Sequence record: PZ379549.1
Reading direction: 5' to 3' (one strand)
Origin: a phage
Length of the DNA stretch: 46,532 bases
This document shows, in pieces, positions 9,247 to 17,555 of this stretch; position 1 is the stretch's first letter, and each line of letters starts with the position of its first letter. The position numbers and the translations under genes are program-made. The notes under the pieces are model-generated. The model had not been told where the DNA came from. It saw only the letters and a program-made list of their open reading frames with translations, and searched no databases.

Positions 9247-10824
9247 GATGCCAGCGAGGCGCATCATCCTCGATTTAGGGTCTTCTGCAATGTTCAGTAC
9301 CAGGTTTACGGCCATTGTCAAACAGTCTATCTGGTCATCGTGAACATGTGAATCATCTGCCGTGAATGCCGCAATCTCCGTTAGCAAGCCATTAAGCCAA
9401 GTAGCAGACTCCGGAAGGATTACGTTACCAGCTTTAATCTGCGGCAATGCACTCATTACGCGAGTCAGCTTATCGTTATCCGGAACGTACGGCTCGATAG
9501 GCGTTCGCATAACCCTTCCGGCTGATTGAATCAGGCCAATACCAGAGGCTTTCTTCTCGATGATGATTTTACGAAGGATGCCATCTATCTGATTGGATGC
9601 CCTAGCCATCTTCTCGAAATCCAATAACTCAGCCTCGAGCTCAGGAGCTTCAAATTTACCGCGCCGCTGGTCAAGCAGATAAATCTTCCCATCCTTATAA
9701 CCCCATAGCTGCATGACGCTAAAGTCGCTGTAACTTTTGGTTGTCATCGCAGTATCAAGGACCATAAACCTGTAATCGTACTTAGCTGGCGGTCGCAGAG
9801 TGTCGCTAATGCGTTGAAGCCAGTCTACGTTAATCAGGTTGCCGCCAAGTGCTACTGGTTCTTGCTGATACTGGCTAAGGAATGTATAGCTATCAGAATC
9901 CCACATTGCAACTAGGTCGTGAACAGATTCCTTGCCAGGGAAATAGCTATAGTACCTAACACCATCACGCTCAATATATTCGCTTGATAGAACGTCATCA
10001 ATGAATTGCCGCTTAATCCAGTCAGGAAGCGTGTCGACGTAATCCTCAGTTACGAGCGCCGGTATCTTAATCAAGTCGAAGCTAATACCCATACCGCCAT
10101 TCATCATGAACCACGTACTATCATTCACATGAAGGCGCTGTTGGATAGAGATAATCGGCGTCGCCTTTCCTTTTACGGAGCTCGCCCTACGAGAGCGTAT
10201 TGTATTCTTTAGCATCACGTGATTGTTAGCGCGAAAAACAGCAGAAAGCATGTCGGCTGGTTTGTCAAAATCATCTAACAGAACCGCTCCGCTATATGAA
10301 TCCGTTATATATCCACCCCTTGCGCCGGTTATTTGGCCTCCAGCAGCCTTAGATATTGACTCAAACCGAACCTTACCAGACTCATCCAGAACTTGAAGCT
10401 CATCATCCTTGCACGTACCGAACTTGCATGGGAATAACTCCTGGAACTCAACAGACTTAATCAGGTCCCGAACTCGCTTGGAGTTACGCTTAACAAGTGA
10501 GTCGGCAAACGAGATGTTCAGGTTCCTGACCTTCTTTAGCTTAACCATCGAGTAGGCCGGGAAGTGAATTGAAGCTATCTCTGTTTTTCCACTTCCTGGA
10601 GCGATGTTAATGATTGTGTCCTTGCGCTCACCAGCGATAATCTCGTCAATGATTCGACACAGGTATTTGTGATGCCAGTTAGGGATGTATCGCTCGCCCT
10701 GGGTAAGTTGGAACCACACCCGCAAGAATCCCTCGAAACTATGAGTGGATATAGCCTTAACTGCCATCTTTTCTGCTGGCGTCATTTCTTCCCATACTAA
10801 TGTTTCACTCATCCTACTCTCCAA
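9241..10824 (-). CDS. terminase large subunit
   Basis: 527-aa ORF with ATPase and nuclease-like halves; immediately upstream of portal module. Confidence 0.85.
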   Translation of the reverse strand: MESRMSETLVWEEMTPAEKMAVKAISTHSFEGFLRVWFQLTQGERYIPNWHHKYLCRIIDEIIAGERKDTIINIAPGSGKTEIASIHFPAYSMVKLKKVRNLNISFADSLVKRNSKRVRDLIKSVEFQELFPCKFGTCKDDELQVLDESGKVRFESISKAAGGQITGARGGYITDSYSGAVLLDDFDKPADMLSAVFRANNHVMLKNTIRSRRASSVKGKATPIISIQQRLHVNDSTWFMMNGGMGISFDLIKIPALVTEDYVDTLPDWIKRQFIDDVLSSEYIERDGVRYYSYFPGKESVHDLVAMWDSDSYTFLSQYQQEPVALGGNLINVDWLQRISDTLRPPAKYDYRFMVLDTAMTTKSYSDFSVMQLWGYKDGKIYLLDQRRGKFEAPELEAELLDFEKMARASNQIDGILRKIIIEKKASGIGLIQSAGRVMRTPIEPYVPDNDKLTRVMSALPQIKAGNVILPESATWLNGLLTEIAAFTADDSHVHDDQIDCLTMAVNLVLNIAEDPKSRMMRLAGIK

Positions 10825-10828
10825 ACTA

Positions 10829-11353
10829 TTACAGCTTACTAATCACAGACTCCAGCGCTTCCTTCATCGTATCGACGTCGTTAGCTGAAGAGTTGTTGCT
10901 GATGGTAATCTCCTGCGGCTTGTCGATTCCAAGCTCTTTGGAAATCATGCCAGGGTTAATGATGCCAGATGCTGCAAGCTGGTATTTCTGCTCGCGAATC
11001 ACGGAATCAATGAACGCAATCACCTCATCATAACCAGCCGACTTCCTCCATTTCTCGATGGCGCTATGGGTGACACCGCAGTAAAGGCAGAATCCGGTTA
11101 GCGTGAAGACTCGTGGTTTGTGCACCAGGCTCTCTTTTACCACACCCTGGAAGCTGGCTGTCTCGATTGCCTTGATTGCCTGGTTCTCAGCCCATGAGAA
11201 GTATTTCACGGCGAATTCAAATAGCTGTTCGGGTGTCATGCTTCGGTTTTTGGCTAGCGTTGTAATGTCTGAGTACTTTTTATTGTACATGGCTTTAAAG
11301 TTGCCAGAGCGGACCTTTTCTTGCGCCTGACTGGTGAAGTTTTCGTCTTTCAT
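10829..11353 (-). CDS. putative terminase small subunit
   Basis: 174-aa ORF immediately upstream of TerL, AAGGAGG RBS; assignment by position. Confidence 0.5.
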   Translation of the reverse strand: MKDENFTSQAQEKVRSGNFKAMYNKKYSDITTLAKNRSMTPEQLFEFAVKYFSWAENQAIKAIETASFQGVVKESLVHKPRVFTLTGFCLYCGVTHSAIEKWRKSAGYDEVIAFIDSVIREQKYQLAASGIINPGMISKELGIDKPQEITISNNSSANDVDTMKEALESVISKL

Positions 11354-11400
11354 TTTGTTACCTCCTTTGTTTAGAGATGCATTATATCATATAGCAAACG

Positions 11401-11424
11401 AAAAAAAGCCCTCAAGAAGAGGGC
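11401..11424 (-). terminator. rho-independent terminator upstream of TerS
   Basis: Minus-strand RNA GCCCUC-UUCUU-GAGGGC followed by UUUUUUU. Confidence 0.75.
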
Positions 11425-11477
11425 GAAGTATCGAACAACAACGAGAGATATGAAACAAACAGAGAGTAGAACTTCTT

Positions 11478-11666
11478 TTACTTTCGCTCACGAACGTAAG
11501 CTACTAGGAATTTGTGGTAATCCGGGTCGGCACCAGACATTACCTTAACTTTCGCTACTGCTTCCTCTGAGGACTTAGCAGTAACCGACGCGATAAATTC
11601 TTGAGTGCAACTTTTGCAACTACGACCCATTAATCGGATTGAAAGCTTAACATCCCAGAGCTGCAT
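11478..11666 (-). CDS. hypothetical protein
   Basis: 62-aa ORF; may be 3' part of a frame-shifted gene with 11647-11859. Confidence 0.3.
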   Translation of the reverse strand: MQLWDVKLSIRLMGRSCKSCTQEFIASVTAKSSEEAVAKVKVMSGADPDYHKFLVAYVRERK

Positions 11667-11859
11667 TTTTTATCTTCCCGCTCTGATTGCTATAGTTTTG
11701 AGTTTCTCTTTCAAGCTCGAGATAGCCTTTAATATCCGCGCTAACTGAAACCCCGCCAATCACACCCTTTAAGCATTTATGTTCACGGTCAAGTGTTGCG
11801 TTGAATTTTTGGGAAGTGCCGCTTTCAATATCTTTTACGATGATTGTTACTTTTTTCAT
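11647..11859 (-). CDS. hypothetical protein
   Basis: 70-aa ORF downstream of tRNA. Confidence 0.3.
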   Translation of the reverse strand: MKKVTIIVKDIESGTSQKFNATLDREHKCLKGVIGGVSVSADIKGYLELERETQNYSNQSGKIKNAALGC

Positions 11860-11890
11860 TTAATCCCCCAGGATTATTGGTTTCTTAATT

Positions 11891-11966
11891 TGGTGTTCCG
11901 CACTGGACTCGAACCAGTAACTAAGACTTAGGAGGTCTTTGCGTTATCCTGTTACGCCAGCAGAAC
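11891..11966 (-). tRNA. tRNA-Arg (anticodon CCU, reads AGG)
   Basis: Hand-folded 76-nt cloverleaf: acceptor GTTCTGC/GCGGAAC, D-arm GCGT-AACAGGATA-ACGC, anticodon arm AAGAC-CTCCTAA-GTCTT (U33, CCT, A37), variable AGTT, T-arm ACTGG-TTCGAGT-CCAGT, discriminator A, encoded CCA. Confidence 0.8.
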
Positions 11967-12154
11967 AAATCCTTGAGTAGCGATTGCGCTATTGAAGGAT
12001 TGCTGGTTACGCTTCCAGCGTCGAGTTTCTCGACCGATTTCGCCATATACGCTGCTTAGTGAGCTATGGACTTTGTGTTGCGCTCCGTGCGCCGTTGCCA
12101 CTTGGTGGCCTCGTCTGTCTACAGTTGTTAATGTACCAGTCAGGGTTAGATGTG

Positions 12155-12355
12155 TCAACTTACTCTTTCGAATTTCCCATAATTCTGGTCATACGGGTAG
12201 TCAATGCTCACCAATTCGCCATTATCGCTGTAGCAGAATACGTGGCCAGTCTTCGATACCTTTTCGACCTGGTAATCGCATCCATCCATGAAGTCATCAG
12301 ATACCGCCTTTGTGCACTTGATAGCATCGCCTTTCTTAATAATTTTATTCATCAA
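12155..12355 (-). CDS. hypothetical protein
   Basis: 66-aa ORF. Confidence 0.4.
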   Translation of the reverse strand: MMNKIIKKGDAIKCTKAVSDDFMDGCDYQVEKVSKTGHVFCYSDNGELVSIDYPYDQNYGKFERVS

Positions 12356-12543
12356 AACTCCTCAGTTATAAGCATCTTGCCACAATCTTTGCACTCGTAG
12401 AATGAACAGCTTTCACCAACAAATAGACTTTGTTTTGTTGACTCATGGTACTTGTCGTTTAGCGCTTTAATGTCAAAATCGTTAATATTTGATGTGAACA
12501 CGTAAACGTAGCGATGCTTGTGATTGATTTCTTTATTATTCAT
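12352..12543 (-). CDS. hypothetical protein (CxxC motif)
   Basis: ORF 12352-12567 trimmed to internal ATG (MNNKEINH...). Confidence 0.35.
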   Translation of the reverse strand: MNNKEINHKHRYVYVFTSNINDFDIKALNDKYHESTKQSLFVGESCSFYECKDCGKMLITEEF

Positions 12544-12775
12544 AAAGGCTATTCCCATTCTGATCATGGCCCACGCGCCCTCGTCGATAGCCCGCTATCC
12601 ACACAAACTTGTCTCGTGCGATTAGTCGTCGAATACCGGCCCCCACATCTTGAGTGATCAGCGCCGCCACTACCTTATCATCTTTCTTCTTTGCGCCAAG
12701 TTTGCCGTACTCTTCATTCAGCTTATCAGCCTGGCGCTTGACTGCGTTAAAGTATGCGTCGTTTAATCCGAACAT
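12536..12775 (-). CDS. hypothetical protein
   Basis: 79-aa ORF, start ATG overlaps upstream stop (TAATG). Confidence 0.35.
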   Translation of the reverse strand: MFGLNDAYFNAVKRQADKLNEEYGKLGAKKKDDKVVAALITQDVGAGIRRLIARDKFVWIAGYRRGRVGHDQNGNSLYE

Positions 12776-12912
12776 TATTCATCATCCTCCTGCATCCATG
12801 AGACTTCGCGATTATCACCATCGCAAATGAATTCGGTACCTTGTTTTTCGTGGAAGTAAATCAAGTCATCAATGAATTCAAATTCGTAAGGGAACCATCT
12901 CATTCGTTTCAT
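12775..12912 (-). CDS. hypothetical small protein
   Basis: 45-aa ORF MKRMRWFPYEFEFIDDLIYF... translated by hand; downstream of box unit. Confidence 0.3.
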   Translation of the reverse strand: MKRMRWFPYEFEFIDDLIYFHEKQGTEFICDGDNREVSWMQEDDE

Positions 12913-12990
12913 ATCTCTATCTCTCTTCGTTGTTTGATGGGTTAATTATATGGCATCCATGCCTGTCATGTTTAGCAATTCGTGCTATCC
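12913..12990 (-). promoter_or_regulatory. box-hairpin-(-10)-leader unit
   Basis: Box 12971-12990, hairpin GGCATGGATGCC, ATATAATT, CCCATCAAACAACGAAGAGAGA, ATG 12912. Confidence 0.4.
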
Positions 12991-13112
12991 ATTTTATCTT
13001 CACGCTCTTTCCATAGATTCATTAGCTCGAAGTACATCATGGCAACCTCGCCAGTCTTAGCCTCATCCATCATCCGTTTAGCCCACTGGCTTGGTGTTTC
13101 GTAGTTATCCAT
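12972..13112 (-). CDS. hypothetical small protein ending ...MDSTNC
   Basis: 46-aa ORF translated by hand; last 5 codons and stop encoded by the box. Confidence 0.3.
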   Translation of the reverse strand: MDNYETPSQWAKRMMDEAKTGEVAMMYFELMNLWKEREDKMDSTNC

Positions 13113-13273
13113 TAGTAAACAAGAGCCTCGTGGTTTGCTATGTAAAGCTCCTCATCGTGCTTGTTTTTAATGAAGTACCCATTGCCATCTTCGCTAGGCT
13201 CTGCATAGAATACGTCACCATGCTTCAAACAAGCCATATAATCATCCTCACCAATGAATACGATCTTAATCAT
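13112..13273 (-). CDS. hypothetical small protein
   Basis: 53-aa ORF MIKIVFIGEDDYMACLKHGDVFY... with GAGGTG RBS; TAATG overlap with next gene. Confidence 0.3.
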   Translation of the reverse strand: MIKIVFIGEDDYMACLKHGDVFYAEPSEDGNGYFIKNKHDEELYIANHEALVY

Positions 13274-13291
13274 GTAATCACCTCTTTTAAA

Positions 13292-13426
13292 TTATTGTTC
13301 GTTAGGATCGCTTTTAGCGTCATCTACGGCTGCTGAAATCATGTAAATAATCATGAAGCCCAATGACCAGAGTAACCATGGCAATGCTTCAACCAGAACT
13401 TCACCCATCACTAACCCAGTATGCAT
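13292..13426 (-). CDS. hypothetical small membrane protein
   Basis: 44-aa ORF with hydrophobic core LVEALPWLLWSLGFMIIYMISAAV, GAGGA RBS. Confidence 0.3.
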   Translation of the reverse strand: MHTGLVMGEVLVEALPWLLWSLGFMIIYMISAAVDDAKSDPNEQ

Positions 13427-13436
13427 TTCTCTATCC

Positions 13437-13859
13437 TCAGATTTTGTTAATTTGCTCAAACTTCTCAAACCAGAAAACAACTGGATCCTCAACTATGGAG
13501 ATGAGGCCGAACCGCTCTGCCGTGCGAAAATTCATGCTGCTCTTACGCCCGCGAGCGACTTGAAGAGACACCTGTTCCCTGAACATTTCAAGGGAATAGC
13601 AAGTTTTCATGAGGTTGCATGGAGCACATGCAGGGTAAAGGTTTTCCATTCGATCAGCTTGTGGTCGATTAAACTCACCTGTCGCCTTCAGCTTGAAAGT
13701 TCCTTTCTCCGCTGACTTCATGCATACCTCAGATTTACGTAGCACCGGTTCAACATGGTCAGCATGCCAGCCTTTCTCAGGTAGTTCACACCCACAATAA
13801 GCGCAGCGACCACCGAACTTGCCCTTCAACTCTTCCCTTTGAGATTTGCTTAATTTCAT
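13437..13859 (-). CDS. HNH endonuclease (classic CxxC...HxxH...N...CxxC type)
   Basis: CAYCGCEL...HADHVEP...NLYPACAPCN motifs. Confidence 0.7.
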   Translation of the reverse strand: MKLSKSQREELKGKFGGRCAYCGCELPEKGWHADHVEPVLRKSEVCMKSAEKGTFKLKATGEFNRPQADRMENLYPACAPCNLMKTCYSLEMFREQVSLQVARGRKSSMNFRTAERFGLISIVEDPVVFWFEKFEQINKI

Positions 13860-13869
13860 TTTATAAACC

Positions 13870-14049
13870 TTAAATTTTATTCAATTGATCAAGAATCTCG
13901 AAAGCCAGTTCTCGAGCTTGCTCTTCATTTAAGTGGATAGTATGAACCTTAGGTTCATCATGCAAACCGAAAGCCTGGGCGATGATAAATGTTGTGTAAC
14001 CATCGAAGTTGTTAGCCTGGAGCTTAGGGTTACTTTGCTGTAATTTCAT
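13870..14049 (-). CDS. hypothetical small protein
   Basis: 59-aa ORF translated by hand. Confidence 0.3.
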   Translation of the reverse strand: MKLQQSNPKLQANNFDGYTTFIIAQAFGLHDEPKVHTIHLNEEQARELAFEILDQLNKI

Positions 14050-14258
14050 TCTTCGACCACCTTGTACTCGCCTTCTTCAAAACTAACCATCTGTCCTATT
14101 GATACTAACTCAGTATCACGAATCGCTCGAGCTGATAAGCTACCACACCCGAACCGACCGGTTACTTCTAATACGTCACCAACCTTAAACCCGCATTCTT
14201 CAAGTGTCAGAACGCCTTCTTCTGGTATGTAGTTCACGTCGATAATTTTAATTTTCAT
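14046..14258 (-). CDS. hypothetical protein
   Basis: ORF 14046-14312 trimmed to ATG 14258 (MKIKIIDVNY...) with GGAG RBS. Confidence 0.4.
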   Translation of the reverse strand: MKIKIIDVNYIPEEGVLTLEECGFKVGDVLEVTGRFGCGSLSARAIRDTELVSIGQMVSFEEGEYKVVEE

Positions 14259-14335
14259 ATCTATACTCCATCTCGTTGTCGATGTGGTAATTATGCCGGA
14301 TTTCTCCGGCAATTGTTTAGCAATTCATGCTATTC
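14259..14335 (-). promoter_or_regulatory. box-hairpin-(-10)-leader unit
   Basis: Box 14315-14335, hairpin GCCGGAGAAATCCGGC, ATAATTAC, CACATCGACAACGAGATGGAG. Confidence 0.4.
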
Positions 14336-14482
14336 ACCGATTTCATCACGAAGAACATAACACTCAACACCCCCTCCAAGAACGTCCAGCTGAGATTTTG
14401 CATCTTCGTAACACTCATAAGCCCGAATATGCTTAACGCTGTTGAATTTTCCCGTATAGTATGTGTGAACGTAATAAATCAT
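14330..14482 (-). CDS. hypothetical small protein
   Basis: 50-aa ORF; stop TAG lies inside the box. Confidence 0.3.
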   Translation of the reverse strand: MIYYVHTYYTGKFNSVKHIRAYECYEDAKSQLDVLGGGVECYVLRDEIGE

Positions 14483-14712
14483 TTCTTTGTCGCCTTATCC
14501 CAGTTAGTGAGGTAGCCAGCATTCTGGATGCTTAGAGCTTCGTACTGGCGAGATGACTCGAAGTCTGATACGTCGAACTGCTGATTGTTGATTTGCGCGC
14601 TAGTCTCTTTTACGACACGCATCTGCTCAAAGGTGAGCGTAGAGTACATCGGCTTCATTATGATCGATTTAAGGATTGCTGCATCTTTCTCTGACAGGTT
14701 AATTGTAATCAT
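14479..14712 (-). CDS. hypothetical protein
   Basis: 77-aa ORF. Confidence 0.4.
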   Translation of the reverse strand: MITINLSEKDAAILKSIIMKPMYSTLTFEQMRVVKETSAQINNQQFDVSDFESSRQYEALSIQNAGYLTNWDKATKK

Positions 14713-14942
14713 TTCGTTTGTTCCAGGTAAGTTTTCATCTTGTTCAGTGAGTCTATTGCGTCATCAAGGTCAGTAATTACGTCCTTGTGGCCTCGCAAAC
14801 CCATGCATAGAAGCTTTTTAATTGCATGCTGACACGCCGGGTCTGTAACGTTGAACGCTGATAGCGTGCGATACACATCAACAATAGCACGCTCGCCATT
14901 AAGCCCGATAATCTCTCTTTCATATTTGCTCCTTTCCATCAC
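14709..14942 (-). CDS. hypothetical protein
   Basis: 77-aa ORF downstream of box unit. Confidence 0.4.
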   Translation of the reverse strand: MMERSKYEREIIGLNGERAIVDVYRTLSAFNVTDPACQHAIKKLLCMGLRGHKDVITDLDDAIDSLNKMKTYLEQTK

Positions 14943-15017
14943 ATCCTCTTTTGCTTTGCTTCAATAAGGCCACTATATCAAATGGCCTTGCGGAAGGTTT
15001 AGCAATTCGTGCTATTC
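14943..15017 (-). promoter_or_regulatory. box-hairpin-(-10)-leader unit
   Basis: Box 14998-15017 abutting stop of 15016-15201, hairpin AAGGCCA..TGGCCTT, TATAGT. Confidence 0.4.
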
Positions 15018-15201
15018 AAAACTTAACATCAATTATGACTTCAACCATCTCCTGCCCAAGCCGGTAGGAGTCGCCCCAAAGAAGTAGTCCCATAAACTCA
15101 TCCTTACTAAAAGTGTTGGCATTTACAGTTCTAAGATAGCCACGATGGATAACAGTATCGCCAATCTTAACTTCGCTCTTATGTACCATTTTAGTTTTCA
15201 T
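15016..15201 (-). CDS. hypothetical protein
   Basis: 61-aa ORF. Confidence 0.4.
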   Translation of the reverse strand: MKTKMVHKSEVKIGDTVIHRGYLRTVNANTFSKDEFMGLLLWGDSYRLGQEMVEVIIDVKF

Positions 15202-15256
15202 GCTGTTTCTCCAGTTGTCTTATTGAGGCACCCCGCGAGATGCCTTGTAAGATAAC

Positions 15257-15445
15257 TCAGTAGCAGGTAGCCAGGAAGTCGGCGATACCTTTTGAGGTTG
15301 CTTCCGGCATACTACGTACTGCAACATCGTAACCAGCCTCAACCTTTGCAATCGCTGACTCTTCGTTGTATCCGAACATTGTCAGGATGGTGATTACGTT
15401 TTCTTTATTCAGGACTTTAAGTTCTTTAGTGATGCGCTTAGCCAT
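15257..15445 (-). CDS. hypothetical protein
   Basis: ORF 15257-15517 trimmed to ATG 15445 (MAKRITKEL...) which follows the conserved leader. Confidence 0.35.
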   Translation of the reverse strand: MAKRITKELKVLNKENVITILTMFGYNEESAIAKVEAGYDVAVRSMPEATSKGIADFLATCY

Positions 15446-15530
15446 TTTCGTTTTCCTTTGTGCCTCTCGTTTCGATGAGATAATTATGCCATCCATGGCA
15501 TTATATGCGTTAGGCAAAAAGTGCTATTTC
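15446..15530 (-). promoter_or_regulatory. box-hairpin-(-10)-leader unit
   Basis: Variant box 15510-15530, hairpin GCCATGGATGGC, ATAATTAT, CTCATCGAAACGAG. Confidence 0.4.
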
Positions 15531-15634
15531 CATTCAGTAGTAATTTAGCTTTCCGATATAAATCCATAGCCACCCCAACCTCATCCTCATCCTCACTGTA
15601 CCGCGGATGGTATGGTAGTAGACTACCATACCCA

Positions 15635-16156
15635 CTATTTAGTCTCCTTAATCATTTCTTGGTATGCGTTAATCATTGATACTGCACCCTTAAGTTCATC
15701 ACCTTCAAGACCAGCGACGCTTGGTGATAGTTTCAACAATCGAGCCTTGAACCTTTCAATGGTAGCCCCCTCCTTCTCTTGCTCTGCTTTGCTTCTTGAG
15801 CCGGATTTTACAGCGCCAGGAACCAGGCTAAGTGATGCGCAGTATGTCTCACTCTCGCCCTCAAAGTCGGTAAAACTAAGTGAGAACCTTGAGCGCACGT
15901 CAGCCGCCTTAATCTCAGGCATTCGGCTTACGGTGTTTGAAACGTATGACGCTTTTAGTTTTGGCATGTGGTATTCACCACCAGGTAGAACCTCCTCACC
16001 ACTTAGCGATACGAACGTCTCACGACTCATGCCGAAGTATTGACGAGCAATCATGGTCACAGGGACTGTGCACACTTTGTCTTCTGACTTGAGCGCCTGA
16101 CTCGCCATGTATCGAATGATTTCACCCAAACTTACTGCTTCTTTATGTTCTGACAT
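15635..16156 (-). CDS. hypothetical protein (first gene of leftward unit)
   Basis: 173-aa ORF adjacent to AT-rich control region. Confidence 0.45.
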   Translation of the reverse strand: MSEHKEAVSLGEIIRYMASQALKSEDKVCTVPVTMIARQYFGMSRETFVSLSGEEVLPGGEYHMPKLKASYVSNTVSRMPEIKAADVRSRFSLSFTDFEGESETYCASLSLVPGAVKSGSRSKAEQEKEGATIERFKARLLKLSPSVAGLEGDELKGAVSMINAYQEMIKETK

Positions 16157-16277
16157 ATTCGTTACTCCTGATTGGTTGCTCTTCGTTAAGATGAAACCAT
16201 GGTATCATGAATATACGCGTTATCAAGTGTTATGTTGTGTTTATATCTGCATTGGTTACGCTTTTTGACCTCTCAGC

Positions 16278-16291
16278 CCAGCTATAGCTGG
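16278..16291. promoter_or_regulatory. perfect 14-bp palindrome CCAGCTATAGCTGG
   Basis: Read directly; core AGCTATAGCT recurs at 35217-35226. Confidence 0.4.
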
Positions 16292-16407
16292 TGTAATTAC
16301 CCTGTGTAAGATTTTACGCGGATTCGCCGGGGGTATGCATATGTATCTATATAGATAAAATTAGTAGTTTTCATAGAAAAACTATCGACCCATCCATACG
16401 ACCAATC

Positions 16408-16495
16408 TACACCATATACATACATATATATAATAATAATAATAATATAGTAAAAGGTTGATATATATAGATATTATTATGTAACCATTGCGTAA
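16408..16495. repeat. AT-rich control module copy A, includes (TAA)5 microsatellite at 16431-16447
   Basis: About 85 percent identical to 35357-35439 by eye. Confidence 0.6.
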
Positions 16496-16642
16496 TCTAG
16501 CGTGGTAGGCGTGTATGATTCTTCGGAAGCGCACCTCATATACACACCATAACTTCGATAACGTGTATATCCAAATTGGCTCAGCAAGAATCAAAATCAA
16601 CTTGTATGGTAGTCCATCCACCATTCATTCACCCCACATCGA

Positions 16643-16743
16643 TCATTGCAAATTCTGCAACAATCAAAAACATCATTGCATTCGATGCAATATTGCTATA
16701 TGTGCAATAATGATGATGAATCATTGCAATAGCTGCAACAATC
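16643..16743. promoter_or_regulatory. operator/iteron-like array of TTGCAA-family sites
   Basis: 23-bp direct repeats TCATTGCAA-N4-TGCAACAATC at 16643-16665 and 16721-16743 flanking inverted repeat ATTGCAT-tcg-ATGCAAT at 16675-16691. Confidence 0.4.
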
Positions 16744-16755
16744 TATAAATCCAAC

Positions 16756-16830
16756 GAATAGCACTTTTTGCTAATGCACAATCATTAGTAAGTTGCTACT
16801 ATGTATTCATCGAAACGGTGCTGGACTCTG
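16756..16830 (+). promoter_or_regulatory. box-(-10)-leader unit at head of rightward small-ORF cluster
   Basis: Variant box 16756-16776, then TATGTATT, CATCGAAACGG. Confidence 0.35.
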
Positions 16831-17005
16831 AGTCACTTCCGAAAGGAACCAAAAAGAGTGAACGACACCGCGCAATGTGAGGAAGCGTTACCTTACCCAC
16901 CAAAGCGCCTTGCGGGTCCTTTTGATAGGATGCCGGGCCGGGTTTAAAATCCCGAGTTGTAGTGAGTACGTTGAAGAGATTTCGATAACAAGAAAACATA
17001 GAGAG

Positions 17006-17176
17006 ATGACAGTGATGACAGAAAAAACAGTTGGTTACAGTTACAGTAATGGTCATTGGGTTGTTGAGTTAAAAGGGTTTCACAAGTACCCAAAATTAAG
17101 TTTCTTCATGACAGAAGATGATGCAAAGTCTTGGGTTCAGGTTCTTAAAGAAAGGTGGTTTAAAAATGAAACTTAA
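17006..17176 (+). CDS. hypothetical protein
   Basis: ORF 16877-17176 trimmed to internal ATG. Confidence 0.3.
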   Translation: MTVMTEKTVGYSYSNGHWVVELKGFHKYPKLSFFMTEDDAKSWVQVLKERWFKNET

Positions 17177-17351
17177 AGACGAAGCATTTGAGCAATTAAA
17201 GCAGGAATGTGCGCTGACTGGATTGAACAGTGACTATACTGATATGGTTTTACGCGGACGCATCGATATCGACCTTGCTAAGCAATTCCAGTCAGATGAT
17301 GAATATCTGTGCTGCGATGGCCTTGGCTGCGACGAATGTTTACCCTGGTAA
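17166..17351 (+). CDS. hypothetical protein (Cys-rich C-terminus)
   Basis: ORF 17118-17351 trimmed to ATG 17166 with GGTGG RBS. Confidence 0.4.
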   Translation: MKLKDEAFEQLKQECALTGLNSDYTDMVLRGRIDIDLAKQFQSDDEYLCCDGLGCDECLPW

Positions 17352-17362
17352 GGAGCCGAATA

Positions 17363-17554
17363 ATGAAAGTTAAGTGCTTAAATAATCTTAATGATGGAAC
17401 CTGGGAATTCAGTAGTGGAAAGCATTACAGTTATGATGAAATTTATGGTTACGTAGTTGGTGATAACTTCAAGCCAGTTTACTGCTACATTGAAAATGGC
17501 CTTGTTATTGCCGCTGTTAAGCGTCGATTGATTTTTGAAATTTTAGAGGATTAA
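17363..17554 (+). CDS. hypothetical protein
   Basis: ORF 17309-17554 trimmed to ATG 17363. Confidence 0.4.
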   Translation: MKVKCLNNLNDGTWEFSSGKHYSYDEIYGYVVGDNFKPVYCYIENGLVIAAVKRRLIFEILED

Positions 17555-17555
17555 C

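Noticed and set aside
11967-12154. Second tRNA or small RNA in the 190-bp gap next to tRNA-Arg
   Set aside because: Hand search found no T-loop (GTTCGAxTC) or acceptor pairing; only a simple hairpin GTCGAG-ttt-CTCGAC without U-run; ORFs 11952-12158 and 11992-12291 there look spurious
16431-16447. (TAA)5 microsatellite as a phase-variation switch
   Set aside because: It lies in non-coding AT-rich DNA with no flanking gene in frame; noted only as part of the duplicated control module
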